Assembly: GCA_964608215.1 (NCBI GenBank)
Contig: CAZSMV010000003.1
Span: 1 to 63,486 of the forward strand
DNA from: an uncultured Staphylococcaceae bacterium
GTDB taxonomy: Bacteria; Bacillota_I; Bacilli_A; RFN20; CAG-826
Reading direction: 5' to 3'
DNA length: 63,486 nt
Part shown: positions 18,864-30,402 of the stretch, piece after piece
Position numbering within the stretch: position 1 is the stretch's first letter
Layout: the number at the start of each line of letters is the position of its first letter
Program-made: the position numbers and the translations under genes
The notes under the pieces: model-generated
Seen by the model: the letters and a program-made list of their open reading frames with translations, nothing else
Database searches by the model: none
What the model was told of the DNA's origin: nothing

Positions 18864-21800
18864 CTAATTATCTATTTCTTTCTTCTTATTGTTTTTAAAT
18901 TTAATGATTAAGAAGATTGTTCCAGAAATAACTAAAATTCCAACCACACTTGTACAAACAACAATAGTTATTATTTTATACCTTGATGAGTTAATTACAT
19001 CATTTTTATTTATTTCATACTCAACTTTGAATTTGTTTGATGAAGCTTTAAAGCTAATAACTCCATTTTCATCAAGCTTAAAATCTGTAACCTCTTGATA
19101 AATGTTATTCTCGTAAGAATATACTTTTATTGAGTCTTTATTGGAAACATCATTTAAATCAATAGTTAATGATATTGTATTTTCCTTATTGATTTCATAT
19201 TCAAAATTATTAGATATCAATTTAAATTCGTAATACTTAGTTTTAACCAATGTTTCATCATTAACTTCTTCATCTATTAAACTAAACCAAACTTTAAAAG
19301 AAGAATCAATTGATGAATCATTATATGTAATTATTTCGTTATCATAAAAAGCAATTAGAAAACCAGTTGTTCTATCATATATATCAATTATTTCTAAATA
19401 ATATGAGCCTTCATTTTCCTCGTATTTCGAAATATCAATATCAATTTTATATTTATCATCGTCTAAACTTATTAACTCAATTTCTTCATTACCTAAAACA
19501 ACTTTTTTAATGTCCTCAGATGTAAAAATTACTTCATAATATTTTTTGTTATCAATAATAATAAAATCATTAGAAATAATTTCAGGAGGTAAAGTTGTAT
19601 ATTCTTTTGAAATTATTACTTTATAAATTTTTGATGGTTGAGTATATCCATTAATTAAAGTATATGTAAAAGTAAGTTCATATTCTCCTTCTTCATAAAG
19701 CAAATTGTTTTGTTCATCAACTAAAGGAATCTCTAGATAAGCCATATTTACAATTTGACCACCACTTATACTTGTGCTTGTATAACATGATTTAACTAAT
19801 GGATGTTCTGAAATGCTTACATAACCAAAAGAATTTAAATTTGATAAGTAAGTATTTAAAACTATTTGACCTGTTTTTTTATTTTTTAAAGTTACTACAT
19901 TATTTTTAATTGCTCTGGAAACAAATTGCTGAATATAAACATAAGTGGATTCATTTTCGATTCCCAAATTAATACGTTCTCTCTTTTTATTATAAGTGAC
20001 TTCTGAATAATAATCTAAAATGTTGCCCTTATTATTTTTAATCACATCTTTTTCAGTTGAAGTTAGTTTTTTATTTCCTACTGAAAAAATACTTCTAAAA
20101 TCTGCATTTTTATAAACAGGTGGGTTTGCAGGATAAACATCAACAAATTGATTAACAATTTCAGACTCATAAACTTTATTTCCATCACGTTCAAATGTGA
20201 ATGGCTCAACTGCATCTCCATTATTATAATCGCCATAAAAACCCATAAATGGTATTGATAAGTCTATGTCATCTTTATTTTGATTTGAAGACTCAAAAAC
20301 AACATATCCTTCAATGTTTGTACCAGATGTAAATTTTTCTAATAATTTTTTGTTTTCTTCGCTTAGAGTATAAGAAAAATCAATTGACGATTCACCCTGT
20401 TTAATAGTAATGTCATATGAAACACTAGCTAAAAGCTCATCTTTATCAGTTTTAACCAAACCTTCATGCAATGAACTCAATGTTGCATCTGGAATAATTG
20501 TTGCTGGAACTTGAACATAAAGTGTTGCTTTATATTTTTTACTTTCGCTTGATTCATTATGTGCATTAATTGTAAATTTAATAATTCCATTTTTAATATC
20601 ATCGTTATTTTTGAGTTCAATCTTGGCTTTATTTAGATCTCCAGTAGATAAATAGACTTCTGATTCGATTGCTTTATCAACATTTACTAAACCTGCTCCA
20701 ACTTTTCTAGGCGACAAATAAGAACCATTTACATATTTAATTGGAGTAGCTGTAGATTGCATTCTTGCCATTAAAGTCTTTTTATAATTATCTAGATTAT
20801 TACCATCATAATTACTAATAATATCAGCCATTGCACCACTAATATTAGGGGCAGCCATACTTGTTCCACTATAAAAAGCATATAGGTTCTCGCTTGTTTC
20901 ATTACTAATGCCACTATAAATATTAGTTCCTGGAGCACTAATATCAGGTGTTAATGATAAATCAGTTTGACCGCCATCACTAGAATATTCAGCATCTATT
21001 CTTCTTCCTATTCTTATAATTTTACTTGATTCATTCGATAATAAATCATATGTGTATGTGCTACTTAAAGCTGTTGGAATATATTCGCCAGAAGATAAAT
21101 TCGATTCGCCACCTGGATTAAAATTAATTACGGTATTACCAAGACTAGAAGTAGATTGCTTAGTATTGCAAATGATAATTCCAATTGCTCCATGCTTATG
21201 CGCATTACGAATTTTTGCAGTAAAAAGATAATTTTTTTCGTTTTCTTTAAGTTCTTCTTGAGTTGGTGCGCCTCTTTTAACAATCGCAACTTTACCATCT
21301 ACATTAATATTTTCATACTCTTCATCAGTCCCATAACCAGCTAATACATATTCCAATTCTAAAAAGTCTTCGTCTTCGTCAATTAGACCTTGAAAAGTAC
21401 TAACCTTAACATCTGTAATTTCAGACCTATTTAAAGCTTCTGGAATTACTTGATCTATTGCATAAAATAATTGATTACTAGCAGTTGAAAAAGAAGAAAG
21501 AATTGTTTCATCATTTTTTAAATTTGTTGCTGATATTGTATTAACCTTTGAATATGAGGAATAAGAACCTATTTCACTTGATTCTATCGTATCAAGTGAT
21601 GTATATTCGCCTACTCCAGTTTCATAATTGCTTTTTCCATCATTCCCTGCAGCAAAATTAACTTGAATTCCTGCATTATTGAGGTTATCAAATATATTTT
21701 TAAAATCATCCGATAAATTATAATCAATTAAAGAAGAACCTAATGATAAATTTATTACATCCGCTTTTAAAAGCATTGCATCTTCTAATGCATTTAAAAT

Positions 21801-22586
21801 CGCATCTATTTTAAAACTTCCAGAATTATTTGTTACACGCATTAAAGCAAGTTGAGAATTAGGTGCGGCTCCTAAAAAAGTATTATTTGCTCCCGCTATT
21901 CCTGCAACATGCGAACCATGATAACTTTTGTTTTTATTATAAGTCATGTTAGTATCGTCAGTTGCATAACTATAGTAAAAAGGGATTTTATTATTTAAAT
22001 AACCAGCTGATTTTGCATAGAAACTTGTATAATTTTTAATTGAATCAATTGTGGCTTTTGTATATTTATAATTGTTTGTTAAATCTTTAAACATTTCATG
22101 ATCGACTTTAAAACTATCATCTATAACACAAATTAAAGTATTTTCTCCATCTTTAGAAGAAGAAGGAATATTCATTTGTATTCGACTATAATCTTTATCT
22201 GGTTTAGTAACATTTTTAGTATCTGGCACAAAATAATCATTTAAATCATCTTCATAACTAATTGTTTGATTTTCAAATACATTTTTTACATAACTTATAT
22301 TTTCAATTTTTTCATAATCTAACGTGCTTATTTGAAGATTAATGATATTAGATATATTAGAATAAGTATTTAAAACTCGGTAATTTAAACCGATTTTTGA
22401 TTTAAGCACATTTAAAAATTTATTTTTTATGGTTTTTCTATCTTCAATTGAATTTGAATCAACATCTTTTAATTCAACAAATATATTCTTATCTCTTTTG
22501 TTTAATGTATCTTTATTTAAATTAGATATTAAAGAGACACTTAATAAGCCAAATAAAACAGCTAAAATACTAAAACGTCTTTTCAT
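18864..22586 (-). CDS. Membrane-anchored S8 serine protease, paralog 3
   Basis: CVIDDSF, YHGSHVAG, GTSMAAP, PA domain and C-terminal TM. Start set at MKRRFS (22586). Confidence 0.92.
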   Translation of the reverse strand: MKRRFSILAVLFGLLSVSLISNLNKDTLNKRDKNIFVELKDVDSNSIEDRKTIKNKFLNVLKSKIGLNYRVLNTYSNISNIINLQISTLDYEKIENISYVKNVFENQTISYEDDLNDYFVPDTKNVTKPDKDYSRIQMNIPSSSKDGENTLICVIDDSFKVDHEMFKDLTNNYKYTKATIDSIKNYTSFYAKSAGYLNNKIPFYYSYATDDTNMTYNKNKSYHGSHVAGIAGANNTFLGAAPNSQLALMRVTNNSGSFKIDAILNALEDAMLLKADVINLSLGSSLIDYNLSDDFKNIFDNLNNAGIQVNFAAGNDGKSNYETGVGEYTSLDTIESSEIGSYSSYSKVNTISATNLKNDETILSSFSTASNQLFYAIDQVIPEALNRSEITDVKVSTFQGLIDEDEDFLELEYVLAGYGTDEEYENINVDGKVAIVKRGAPTQEELKENEKNYLFTAKIRNAHKHGAIGIIICNTKQSTSSLGNTVINFNPGGESNLSSGEYIPTALSSTYTYDLLSNESSKIIRIGRRIDAEYSSDGGQTDLSLTPDISAPGTNIYSGISNETSENLYAFYSGTSMAAPNISGAMADIISNYDGNNLDNYKKTLMARMQSTATPIKYVNGSYLSPRKVGAGLVNVDKAIESEVYLSTGDLNKAKIELKNNDDIKNGIIKFTINAHNESSESKKYKATLYVQVPATIIPDATLSSLHEGLVKTDKDELLASVSYDITIKQGESSIDFSYTLSEENKKLLEKFTSGTNIEGYVVFESSNQNKDDIDLSIPFMGFYGDYNNGDAVEPFTFERDGNKVYESEIVNQFVDVYPANPPVYKNADFRSIFSVGNKKLTSTEKDVIKNNKGNILDYYSEVTYNKKRERINLGIENESTYVYIQQFVSRAIKNNVVTLKNKKTGQIVLNTYLSNLNSFGYVSISEHPLVKSCYTSTSISGGQIVNMAYLEIPLVDEQNNLLYEEGEYELTFTYTLINGYTQPSKIYKVIISKEYTTLPPEIISNDFIIIDNKKYYEVIFTSEDIKKVVLGNEEIELISLDDDKYKIDIDISKYEENEGSYYLEIIDIYDRTTGFLIAFYDNEIITYNDSSIDSSFKVWFSLIDEEVNDETLVKTKYYEFKLISNNFEYEINKENTISLTIDLNDVSNKDSIKVYSYENNIYQEVTDFKLDENGVISFKASSNKFKVEYEINKNDVINSSRYKIITIVVCTSVVGILVISGTIFLIIKFKNNKKKEIDN

Positions 22587-22675
22587 GCAAATTATTATAC
22601 AAAAATCATGATAGGTAACCAAATATTTTTCTATGAATTACATAGAAAAATATCATTTTATGAAACGCAAATAAA

Positions 22676-22711
22676 AACTACCTCATTCAAATTACTTTGA
22701 TAGAGGTAGTT
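22676..22711 (-). terminator. Stem-loop after the 157-aa membrane protein gene
   Basis: AACTACCTC...GAGGTAGTT inverted repeat with a minus-strand T-run. Confidence 0.6.
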
Positions 22712-22739
22712 AATATGCAGTTAATAAATTATTTAATAT

Positions 22740-23213
22740 TTAGTCTTCTTTTTTCAAAAAATAAAATAAAACAAAAACTAACGACATTATGAATCCGGCA
22801 TACATGAAGCAACTTGTAAGTATACTTCCAATGCCTAATGTTGCATTATAAGTTATCCCAATTAATTGAGGTGTGAAAATAACTAATGTACCACCAACCG
22901 CATAAAGAACCATCATAACACCATACGTGATTAAATTGGTCTTTTTTGAAATTTCATAATTAATTAAATTTAAAATTACTAAAACAATTGATGTAATTAA
23001 AGCAACTAAACTTAAAATCCATGCTAGTGTAAGAGGTCCAGTATTCCCTATTTTTGGATTCCCGCCACCAAAAATTCTAAGATATAAAGAATACTTAAAT
23101 ACCCTGCCAGTCGCCTCACAATTTACCGCTCTAAAAGCTGGAGTAATCATAGTTATAACACCAAAAACACTTAATATAATTGATAAAGCATTTTTTAAAC
23201 CCTTATTCATCAT
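22740..23213 (-). CDS. Hypothetical four-TM membrane protein
   Basis: 157-aa ORF with four hydrophobic stretches and GGAGG RBS. Confidence 0.7.
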   Translation of the reverse strand: MMNKGLKNALSIILSVFGVITMITPAFRAVNCEATGRVFKYSLYLRIFGGGNPKIGNTGPLTLAWILSLVALITSIVLVILNLINYEISKKTNLITYGVMMVLYAVGGTLVIFTPQLIGITYNATLGIGSILTSCFMYAGFIMSLVFVLFYFLKKED

Positions 23214-23366
23214 TTCCTCCTTTTTTACTCAATAAAAATATTTTAGATAAAATCAAATAATTCTCAATACATTTTTTTACAAAAAATGATTGTTAAAAAT
23301 AAAAAATAACCAAAAAAATAATTTAGTGGCAAAATAAGAGGATGCAAGAAGGAGGCGTTTTTAAAT

Positions 23367-24283
23367 ATGAAAAAAGAGAAAACAAAGTTAATCGAGCTTT
23401 CGAATTCCTTTTTAGATGAAATGAAATTGACATATAAAAAGTTGACCTACGAAGAAAGAAAAATCATTATTGACAAATATGTACTAAAAAGTTTTAAAAG
23501 CGAAGGCCGAGTAAAGGAGGAATTGATTCTAGATAAGATAATAAATTTTAAAAAATATATCTCTGCTCTAGATTTATCAGTAAGTAGGAAAAATTTAATA
23601 TTTTCTACTGTTAGAAATTTAGTATCATTTGCTGAAGAAAATGACTATCTAGATTACATAGTTGCAGAGAAATTATTAAAATCTTTAAAATCCATAAGGA
23701 AAGATAAAGAAATATCCAGTAAGGTTTGTTTCTGGACAAATGATGAATTTGAAACATTTATTAATACCTTTGATAATAAAGATAAAAAATGGAAATACTA
23801 TTTTTTACTAACATATTGGGGGGCCTTAAGAATGGGAGAAATAAATGCTTTAACATGGGGAGATATAGATTTTAATAATAATTCTGTTTATATTAGCAAA
23901 TCAATTGATAGAGATGGTTATATATCAACTCCAAAAACAAAAAGCAGTAAAGCATCCGTTGATCTTCCAACGTTTTTAATAGAAGAATTTAAAAAATGGA
24001 AAACAAAAATTAAACCAAAAGAAAATGATTTCATGTTTTTTAATAATCACGTTATTTCAAGAACAACAATAAGAAGGATGATGCGAAAGCATGAAGAATT
24101 GGCTTCTGTAGTGCCAATTAAATTCCATGGATTAAGACATTCAATGGCTTCAAGAATGATTAATCAAGGATGTAATCCACTTTTAGTTGCAAAACATTTA
24201 AGACATGCATCTACGCAACAAACATTAGACACGTATAGCCATATATTCCCAAATGCTACAAATGGTTTAATGGATAAATTAGT

Positions 24284-24287
<4 letters not shown>
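23367..24287 (+). CDS. Tyrosine recombinase/integrase (phage/ICE-type catalytic domain)
   Basis: Catalytic R (ALRMGE), K (TPKT), HxxR (HGLRH), H (LRHAS) and Y (DTYSH) are all present; AGGAGG RBS. Confidence 0.9.
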
Positions 24288-24894
<607 letters not shown>

Positions 24895-24896
24895 AT

Positions 24897-25661
24897 TTAT
24901 AAATCAATATCTAATTCAATAGGGCAATGATCTGAACCTAATATCTCATTATGAATATCTGCAATTTTTACCTTATCGCCGATTCGTTCAGATACTAAAA
25001 AATAATCAATTCTCCAACCAGCATTTCTTGCTCGAGAATTAAACATATAACTCCACCAAGAATATTTAACTTCATCTTTATGTAGTTGACGGAAAGTGTC
25101 AATAAAACCACTTGATAATAATTCCGTCATTTTTTCTCTTTCATCTTTTGTAAATCCTGCATTCATTGTATTTGTTTTTGGATTTTTAATATCTATTTCT
25201 TCATGTGCAACGTTTAAATCGCCGCAATAAACAACTGGTTTCTTATTATCTAGTTTAATTAAATATTCTTTCAAATCATTTTCAAAACTCATTCTAAAAT
25301 CTAATCTAACAAGACCATCACCACTATTTGGAACGTAACATGCTACAAAATAAAAGTCCTTAAATTCTAAAGTTATAACCCTTCCTTCATTATCATATTT
25401 TTCGTTTTCTAATCCATAATGAACTAAAAGAGGTTTTATTTTAGTAAAAACTGCAACACCTGAATATCCTTTTTTATCTTTACTATTTGTCCAATAAACA
25501 TAATAGCCATTTGGCATAAAAGGGAAATCTAAATGCAAATCTTCAGTATATTTCGTTTCTTGAATAGCAAAAATATCAGCATTTAACTTATTAAAATCAT
25601 CCACAAATGATTTTTTTAAAATCGCTCGAATTCCATTTACATTAAAAGATATAAATTTCAT
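24897..25661 (-). CDS. xth: Exodeoxyribonuclease III / AP endonuclease
   Basis: SFNVNGIRA, AIQETK, GYSGVA, YVPNSG, CGDLNVAH, WRIDYF and SDHCPI motifs. Confidence 0.95.
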   Translation of the reverse strand: MKFISFNVNGIRAILKKSFVDDFNKLNADIFAIQETKYTEDLHLDFPFMPNGYYVYWTNSKDKKGYSGVAVFTKIKPLLVHYGLENEKYDNEGRVITLEFKDFYFVACYVPNSGDGLVRLDFRMSFENDLKEYLIKLDNKKPVVYCGDLNVAHEEIDIKNPKTNTMNAGFTKDEREKMTELLSSGFIDTFRQLHKDEVKYSWWSYMFNSRARNAGWRIDYFLVSERIGDKVKIADIHNEILGSDHCPIELDIDL

Positions 25662-25753
25662 AACATATTCATAATACACGTTTTAAAAAGAAAAATAAAA
25701 GTAGAAGCCATAATATTCAAATAATATAATAATTTCATTAAGGACATTGAATT

Positions 25754-26434
25754 ATGAACTCAAAAAAGAGAGAGATTATTTCATTAATTGTTAATATGTT
25801 TATATTTATTGTCTCACTTTCTTCATGGATTTATATGATGATTGGAGATGGTTCAAATTCTTTATCATCACAAGGCTTAGAATCATTGAAGTACTTTACA
25901 GTGCTATCTAATCTATACATGGGTTTTGCTGCATTATTTACTTCAATTTATAGAATTACCATGCTTATAAAAGAAAATAAAAATATGCCAAAATGGATTA
26001 AAATTTTAAATTTATCTGGAGTTACAAGCGTAATTACTACATTTTTAATTGTTATCGCGTTTTTAGCACCTAAAGATGCATTAGATGGTGGAAATTTTTT
26101 CACAATGTATAAAGGTGCAAACCTTTTCTTTCATTTGATAATACCGTTAATGTCAATTTCAAATTTTTTATTTATCGAACACGATTGTGAATTAGAAATT
26201 AAATATGTTTGGTTTGGTGTTATTCCTATTTTAATTTATGGAATTTTCTATATAACAAATTTCTTTTCGCACTGGGTTTTCAGTGAACTTGGTGGCATAA
26301 AAACTTATGACTGGTACCACTTGCTTGGAAATGGAAATTATATTCAGGTAATTCTAATTTTTATTGGCTTCTTTTTAGGCGCGTATCTTTTAACGTTGTT
26401 AATTTGGTTCTTAAATAAGAAATTAGAAAAATAG
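25754..26434 (+). CDS. Integral membrane protein (Pr6Pr/AIG1-like)
   Basis: YFTVLSN, FHLIIP, PILIYGIFY pattern with six TM segments. Confidence 0.6.
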   Translation: MNSKKREIISLIVNMFIFIVSLSSWIYMMIGDGSNSLSSQGLESLKYFTVLSNLYMGFAALFTSIYRITMLIKENKNMPKWIKILNLSGVTSVITTFLIVIAFLAPKDALDGGNFFTMYKGANLFFHLIIPLMSISNFLFIEHDCELEIKYVWFGVIPILIYGIFYITNFFSHWVFSELGGIKTYDWYHLLGNGNYIQVILIFIGFFLGAYLLTLLIWFLNKKLEK

Positions 26435-26518
26435 TTATGAGATTATTTTTTAAAAAGAGTCGAAAACGTATATATTTTTCAAAAAAATTCATATATGAAC
26501 TACTTAATTTTGTTAAGT

Positions 26519-26551
26519 TTTAAGTTTCATTTAAGGTAGACGAGATAAAAT
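26519..26551 (+). promoter_or_regulatory. CiaR-type box TTTAAG-N5-TTTAAG, then N10, then -10 TAAAAT, upstream of the response regulator
   Basis: TTTAAG at 26519 and 26530; TAAAAT at 26546. Spacing is identical to the 28439 site. Confidence 0.75.
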
Positions 26552-26572
26552 GAATTGAAAGGTAATTCAATT

Positions 26573-27250
26573 ATGAGATTATTACTTGTAGATGATGAAA
26601 AAGATTTTGTAAAAGCATTAAAAGAAATTTTAGAAACGAATCACTATATTGTTGATGTTGCTTATGATGGTGAAGAAGCTTTAAAGTATATCAACTACGA
26701 ACATTTTGATTGCTTATTACTAGATATAATGATGCCAAAACTTGATGGCTATGAAGTTTTAAAAAGAATTAGAGCAAACAATGATAATACTCCCGTCATT
26801 TTCTTAAGTGCTAAAGCCGATGTAGATGATCGTGTTAAAGGCTTTGATTTAGGCGGAGATGATTATTTACCAAAACCATTTTCAAGTAAGGAACTTTTAG
26901 CAAGAATTAAAGCATTAATAAAAAGGAAAGATGGAATAACCAAAAATAATTTAGAATATGAAGGACTTTCGCTAGATTCAAAAAGCTGTTCACTAATGTA
27001 TGAAGGAAAAAATACACCACTATCGAACAAAGAATACCAAATTATTGAATTATTTTTAAGAAATCCTGAAGCTTTATATAATGCAGATAAAATTCTAGAA
27101 GAAGCTTGGAGTAGCGATTCTTGTTATGACATATCATATGTTTGGGTATTTATTTCTAATTTAAGAAAAAAACTTATTGAATTAGATTGTCCTTTAACAA
27201 TAAAAGCTATAAGAGGGCTTGGTTATAAATTGGAGAAGAAAAATGTTTAA
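26573..27250 (+). CDS. OmpR/PhoB-family response regulator (CiaR-like)
   Basis: LLVDDE, LLDIMMP, DDYLPKPF, and wHTH with IRGLGYKL. Confidence 0.93.
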   Translation: MRLLLVDDEKDFVKALKEILETNHYIVDVAYDGEEALKYINYEHFDCLLLDIMMPKLDGYEVLKRIRANNDNTPVIFLSAKADVDDRVKGFDLGGDDYLPKPFSSKELLARIKALIKRKDGITKNNLEYEGLSLDSKSCSLMYEGKNTPLSNKEYQIIELFLRNPEALYNADKILEEAWSSDSCYDISYVWVFISNLRKKLIELDCPLTIKAIRGLGYKLEKKNV

Positions 27251-28433
27251 AAAATTAAGATTAAAATTCATTTTATTAACTAGCACAATTTCTTTTGCAA
27301 CTTTACTTATTATTACATTATGCATTAATTCTTTTTTAGCATTTAATACATATTCAAGATTAAATAAGGATGCAGAAACCGCTTTAAATTACCCATTAAC
27401 TGATACTTCAAAAGATAATAATCCTACTGATAAAAATAAAGAAAATCTTCTGAAGAGATTCTTTTTTATTACATTAGAAAATGAGACATATAGTTATTAT
27501 AGATATAAAGAATTCCCACTAACAGAAAATGAATTAAATACATTATCAAACAAAATATTTAATTCCAATAAAAAAAATGGCTTTTATAATTATTTTTATT
27601 TTTATAAAAAAGACACAAAAGCTGTAGTTTTAGATGCAAGAAGCGAAAAAGAATCTTTAAATTCCACTATTTTAATTACATCCATAATTTCGCTTTCAGC
27701 TTTTATTCTAATTTCTGGATTTAGTTATCTCTTTTCAAAAAAAGTAATAAAACCATATGAAAAAAATTATCAATCTCAAAGGAGATTTTTAACAGATGCA
27801 TCACATGAACTTAAAACACCACTTGCAATACTTAGCGCTAACTTAGATATTTTAGAAAATGAAAACAACAAAAATAAATGGGTCGAATCATCCCAAGAAC
27901 AAATTTCTAGAATGAGAAATCTAATCAATGAAATGGTTTCATTAAATAAAATTGAAGAACTTAATGGGAATATTAAAAAAGAAAACTTTAATATGTCCAC
28001 TTCTTTATTAGAGGCTATCGAATCATACGAATCTTTGTCATTAGATAAACGAATAAAACTTACTTACGATATAGAAGAAAATATAAATTATATTGGAAAT
28101 GAGGATTTAATTTTAAAATTATATGGGATATTTTTAGATAATGCTTTCAAATATGTTAATAATAATGGCTGGATTAATATAGTTTTAAAAAATTCTAAAA
28201 AGAAAACATTATTACTTTTCTCAAATAGTGTCGATCAAATTGATGAAGAAAAACTTAAATATTGTTTCGATAGATTTTATACGCTAGATTCATCAAGAAA
28301 TAAATCAAGAAGCGGCTTTGGTATAGGTCTTTCAATTGCTCAAGCAATAATTAAAGAACATAATGGCGAAATCAAAACATATCTTAAAGATAATAATAAA
28401 AGCATATATTTTGAAATAATTCTAAAAAAATAA
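27243..28433 (+). CDS. Sensor histidine kinase (CiaH-like)
   Basis: H-box DASHELKTPL, N-box FLDNAFKY, DRFY, G-box GFGIGLSIA; two TM segments. Confidence 0.93.
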   Translation: MFKKLRLKFILLTSTISFATLLIITLCINSFLAFNTYSRLNKDAETALNYPLTDTSKDNNPTDKNKENLLKRFFFITLENETYSYYRYKEFPLTENELNTLSNKIFNSNKKNGFYNYFYFYKKDTKAVVLDARSEKESLNSTILITSIISLSAFILISGFSYLFSKKVIKPYEKNYQSQRRFLTDASHELKTPLAILSANLDILENENNKNKWVESSQEQISRMRNLINEMVSLNKIEELNGNIKKENFNMSTSLLEAIESYESLSLDKRIKLTYDIEENINYIGNEDLILKLYGIFLDNAFKYVNNNGWINIVLKNSKKKTLLLFSNSVDQIDEEKLKYCFDRFYTLDSSRNKSRSGFGIGLSIAQAIIKEHNGEIKTYLKDNNKSIYFEIILKK

Positions 28434-28438
28434 ATTAG

Positions 28439-28471
28439 TTTAAGGTTCGTTTAAGTTTCGATATTTATAAT
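28439..28471 (+). promoter_or_regulatory. CiaR-type box TTTAAG-N5-TTTAAG, then N10, then -10 TATAAT, upstream of the lipoprotein gene
   Basis: TTTAAGGTTCG TTTAAGTTTCG 11-bp direct repeat; TATAAT at 28466. Confidence 0.8.
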
Positions 28472-28496
28472 ACAAACATACAAGGAGGAAAATCCT

Positions 28497-30380
28497 ATGA
28501 AAAAAAGACATTTGTTATTTTGTTTATTACCACTTCTTTTATTAACTGGCTGTAATTCAACATCTAATAATTCATCAGATGGAGATAATTCTAATAAAGG
28601 TGAAGCTTCAAATACCGATTATACAAATGATGTGGACAAATTTAGCGAAGAAAATCCAATTGATATTGAAAGTGAAATAAATGATCAAACTACTGAATCA
28701 TTTAATGAAGGAACCGATGTTGATATCAGCACAATTGAAAATGGTGGCTCCTATACAATTGAAAACGGGGGAACTTATATTATCCATGGTTCAAATGAGA
28801 ACGCACGTTTAATTGTAAATTCAAAAGAAGATGTAAGACTTATTTTAAATGGTTTAACCTTGACTTCATTAACTGATTCTCCAATCGAAGTTAAAAATGC
28901 AAATTCTTTTGAGTTATATATAGCTAGTGCAACTAAAAACACAATTTCAGATTCCAGCAATAATACTTTAGAAGGTGCAATTGTAGTTAAGAAAACACCA
29001 TTAAATATAACTGGAAAAGGATATCTTTATGTTTCAGGAAATGGATTAAGTACAGACGAAATCGATTCTGGAGTCGGCATTCAAGCAGCTAAAGGAATAA
29101 ATGTAGAAAATGCTCATATTGTAGTCAAAAATAGCAATTCACATGCTCTAAATTCAAAAACTGGGTTTAGTGTCACAAATGCAAAACTTTCGTTAACATC
29201 AAATAAAGATGCAATTCATTCTAAAGAAGGCGGTTTAAGTATCACTTCATCAAGTATAAATTTTGATACTCATGGTGATGGAGTTGATGTTTTAACTGAT
29301 GTAAACATCAAAGATACAAAAGCTCATATAATTACTCATGGTGATTTTGTTTTATATAATTCGTTAGATGATACAGATGGTACTTTATATGAAGATTCAA
29401 GATATGTTGTAGATAGTTCTTATTATAAAAAGATTTCAAAAGATGATTTAAATCGTTATAAAACAAGATACTATCTTGATCAAAAATGTAAGGGTATAAA
29501 ATCTGAAGGAACGATTACCATTGATGGCGGTGATTACTACTTCTATACAGATGATGATTCAATAGCGAGCGATACGCAAATTGATTTATTAGATGGTGAC
29601 TTCAGATTTTACACTTTGGACCAAGCCATTAATTCTCAAGAAACACTAAATTTAGGAGAAAAAGATAACAGTCAAAACCATGATACTTTCACAATTAAAA
29701 TTTTTAATTCCTTTGAAGGTATTCAAGGTGGTGTAATTAATTTCTATGATGGCTACACTTATGTCGTTAGCGAAGATGATGGAATTAATGCAAGTAGCGA
29801 TGTTTTGACAGATGTCTCGATGAATTTCTATTCATATTCTACAGTTGTTATTAACTCTGGAACCGATGGAATAGATTCAAATGGTAGCATTACATTAGAT
29901 GGAGGAAATTTACTCATCTTTGGTCCTAAAAGTGGTGGCGATAGCTCTCTAGATTTTGATAAAACATTTAATTATTTAAGTGGTAAGCTGTTTGCTTTTT
30001 CCCAAACAGGTATGATTGAAACCCCTAACACCACTAATATGAATGTCTTAAGTTTAAATTTAGGAAGCTATTCCGCCAATGATATGATTACAATTTTATT
30101 TGAAGATTATGAATATTCAGCAATCCTTCCAAAATCATATTCAAGTATGAATGTAATTGTTGGAGGATCAAAAGTAATAACAGGAAGAACTGCAACTATA
30201 TTAAAAGGTGCATCTACTACAGCAAAATTCAAAAACTATTTCTATGTAGGAGAAAATTTATCATCTAGCGGAAGTGAAATTGTCTCCATTGAAGTAAAAT
30301 CTGGCTTAACAAGTTATGGTTCTTCAAATGGACAAGGCGGAAATCCTGGTGGAAATAGACCTGGAGGCCCTGGAAGATAA
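28497..30380 (+). CDS. Lipoprotein with Cthe_2159/DUF4353-like carbohydrate-binding beta-helix domain
   Basis: LLLTGC lipobox; repeated DAIHS / DGVD / DSIAS / DDGINAS / DGIDSNG motifs; Gly/Pro-rich tail. Confidence 0.75.
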   Translation: MKKRHLLFCLLPLLLLTGCNSTSNNSSDGDNSNKGEASNTDYTNDVDKFSEENPIDIESEINDQTTESFNEGTDVDISTIENGGSYTIENGGTYIIHGSNENARLIVNSKEDVRLILNGLTLTSLTDSPIEVKNANSFELYIASATKNTISDSSNNTLEGAIVVKKTPLNITGKGYLYVSGNGLSTDEIDSGVGIQAAKGINVENAHIVVKNSNSHALNSKTGFSVTNAKLSLTSNKDAIHSKEGGLSITSSSINFDTHGDGVDVLTDVNIKDTKAHIITHGDFVLYNSLDDTDGTLYEDSRYVVDSSYYKKISKDDLNRYKTRYYLDQKCKGIKSEGTITIDGGDYYFYTDDDSIASDTQIDLLDGDFRFYTLDQAINSQETLNLGEKDNSQNHDTFTIKIFNSFEGIQGGVINFYDGYTYVVSEDDGINASSDVLTDVSMNFYSYSTVVINSGTDGIDSNGSITLDGGNLLIFGPKSGGDSSLDFDKTFNYLSGKLFAFSQTGMIETPNTTNMNVLSLNLGSYSANDMITILFEDYEYSAILPKSYSSMNVIVGGSKVITGRTATILKGASTTAKFKNYFYVGENLSSSGSEIVSIEVKSGLTSYGSSNGQGGNPGGNRPGGPGR

Positions 30381-30402
30381 TAAAATAAATAGACGTCAAA
30401 TA

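Noticed and set aside
23214-23366. dif-like or att site next to the integrase
   Set aside because: No recognisable XerC/D arms or duplicated att core was found by eye.
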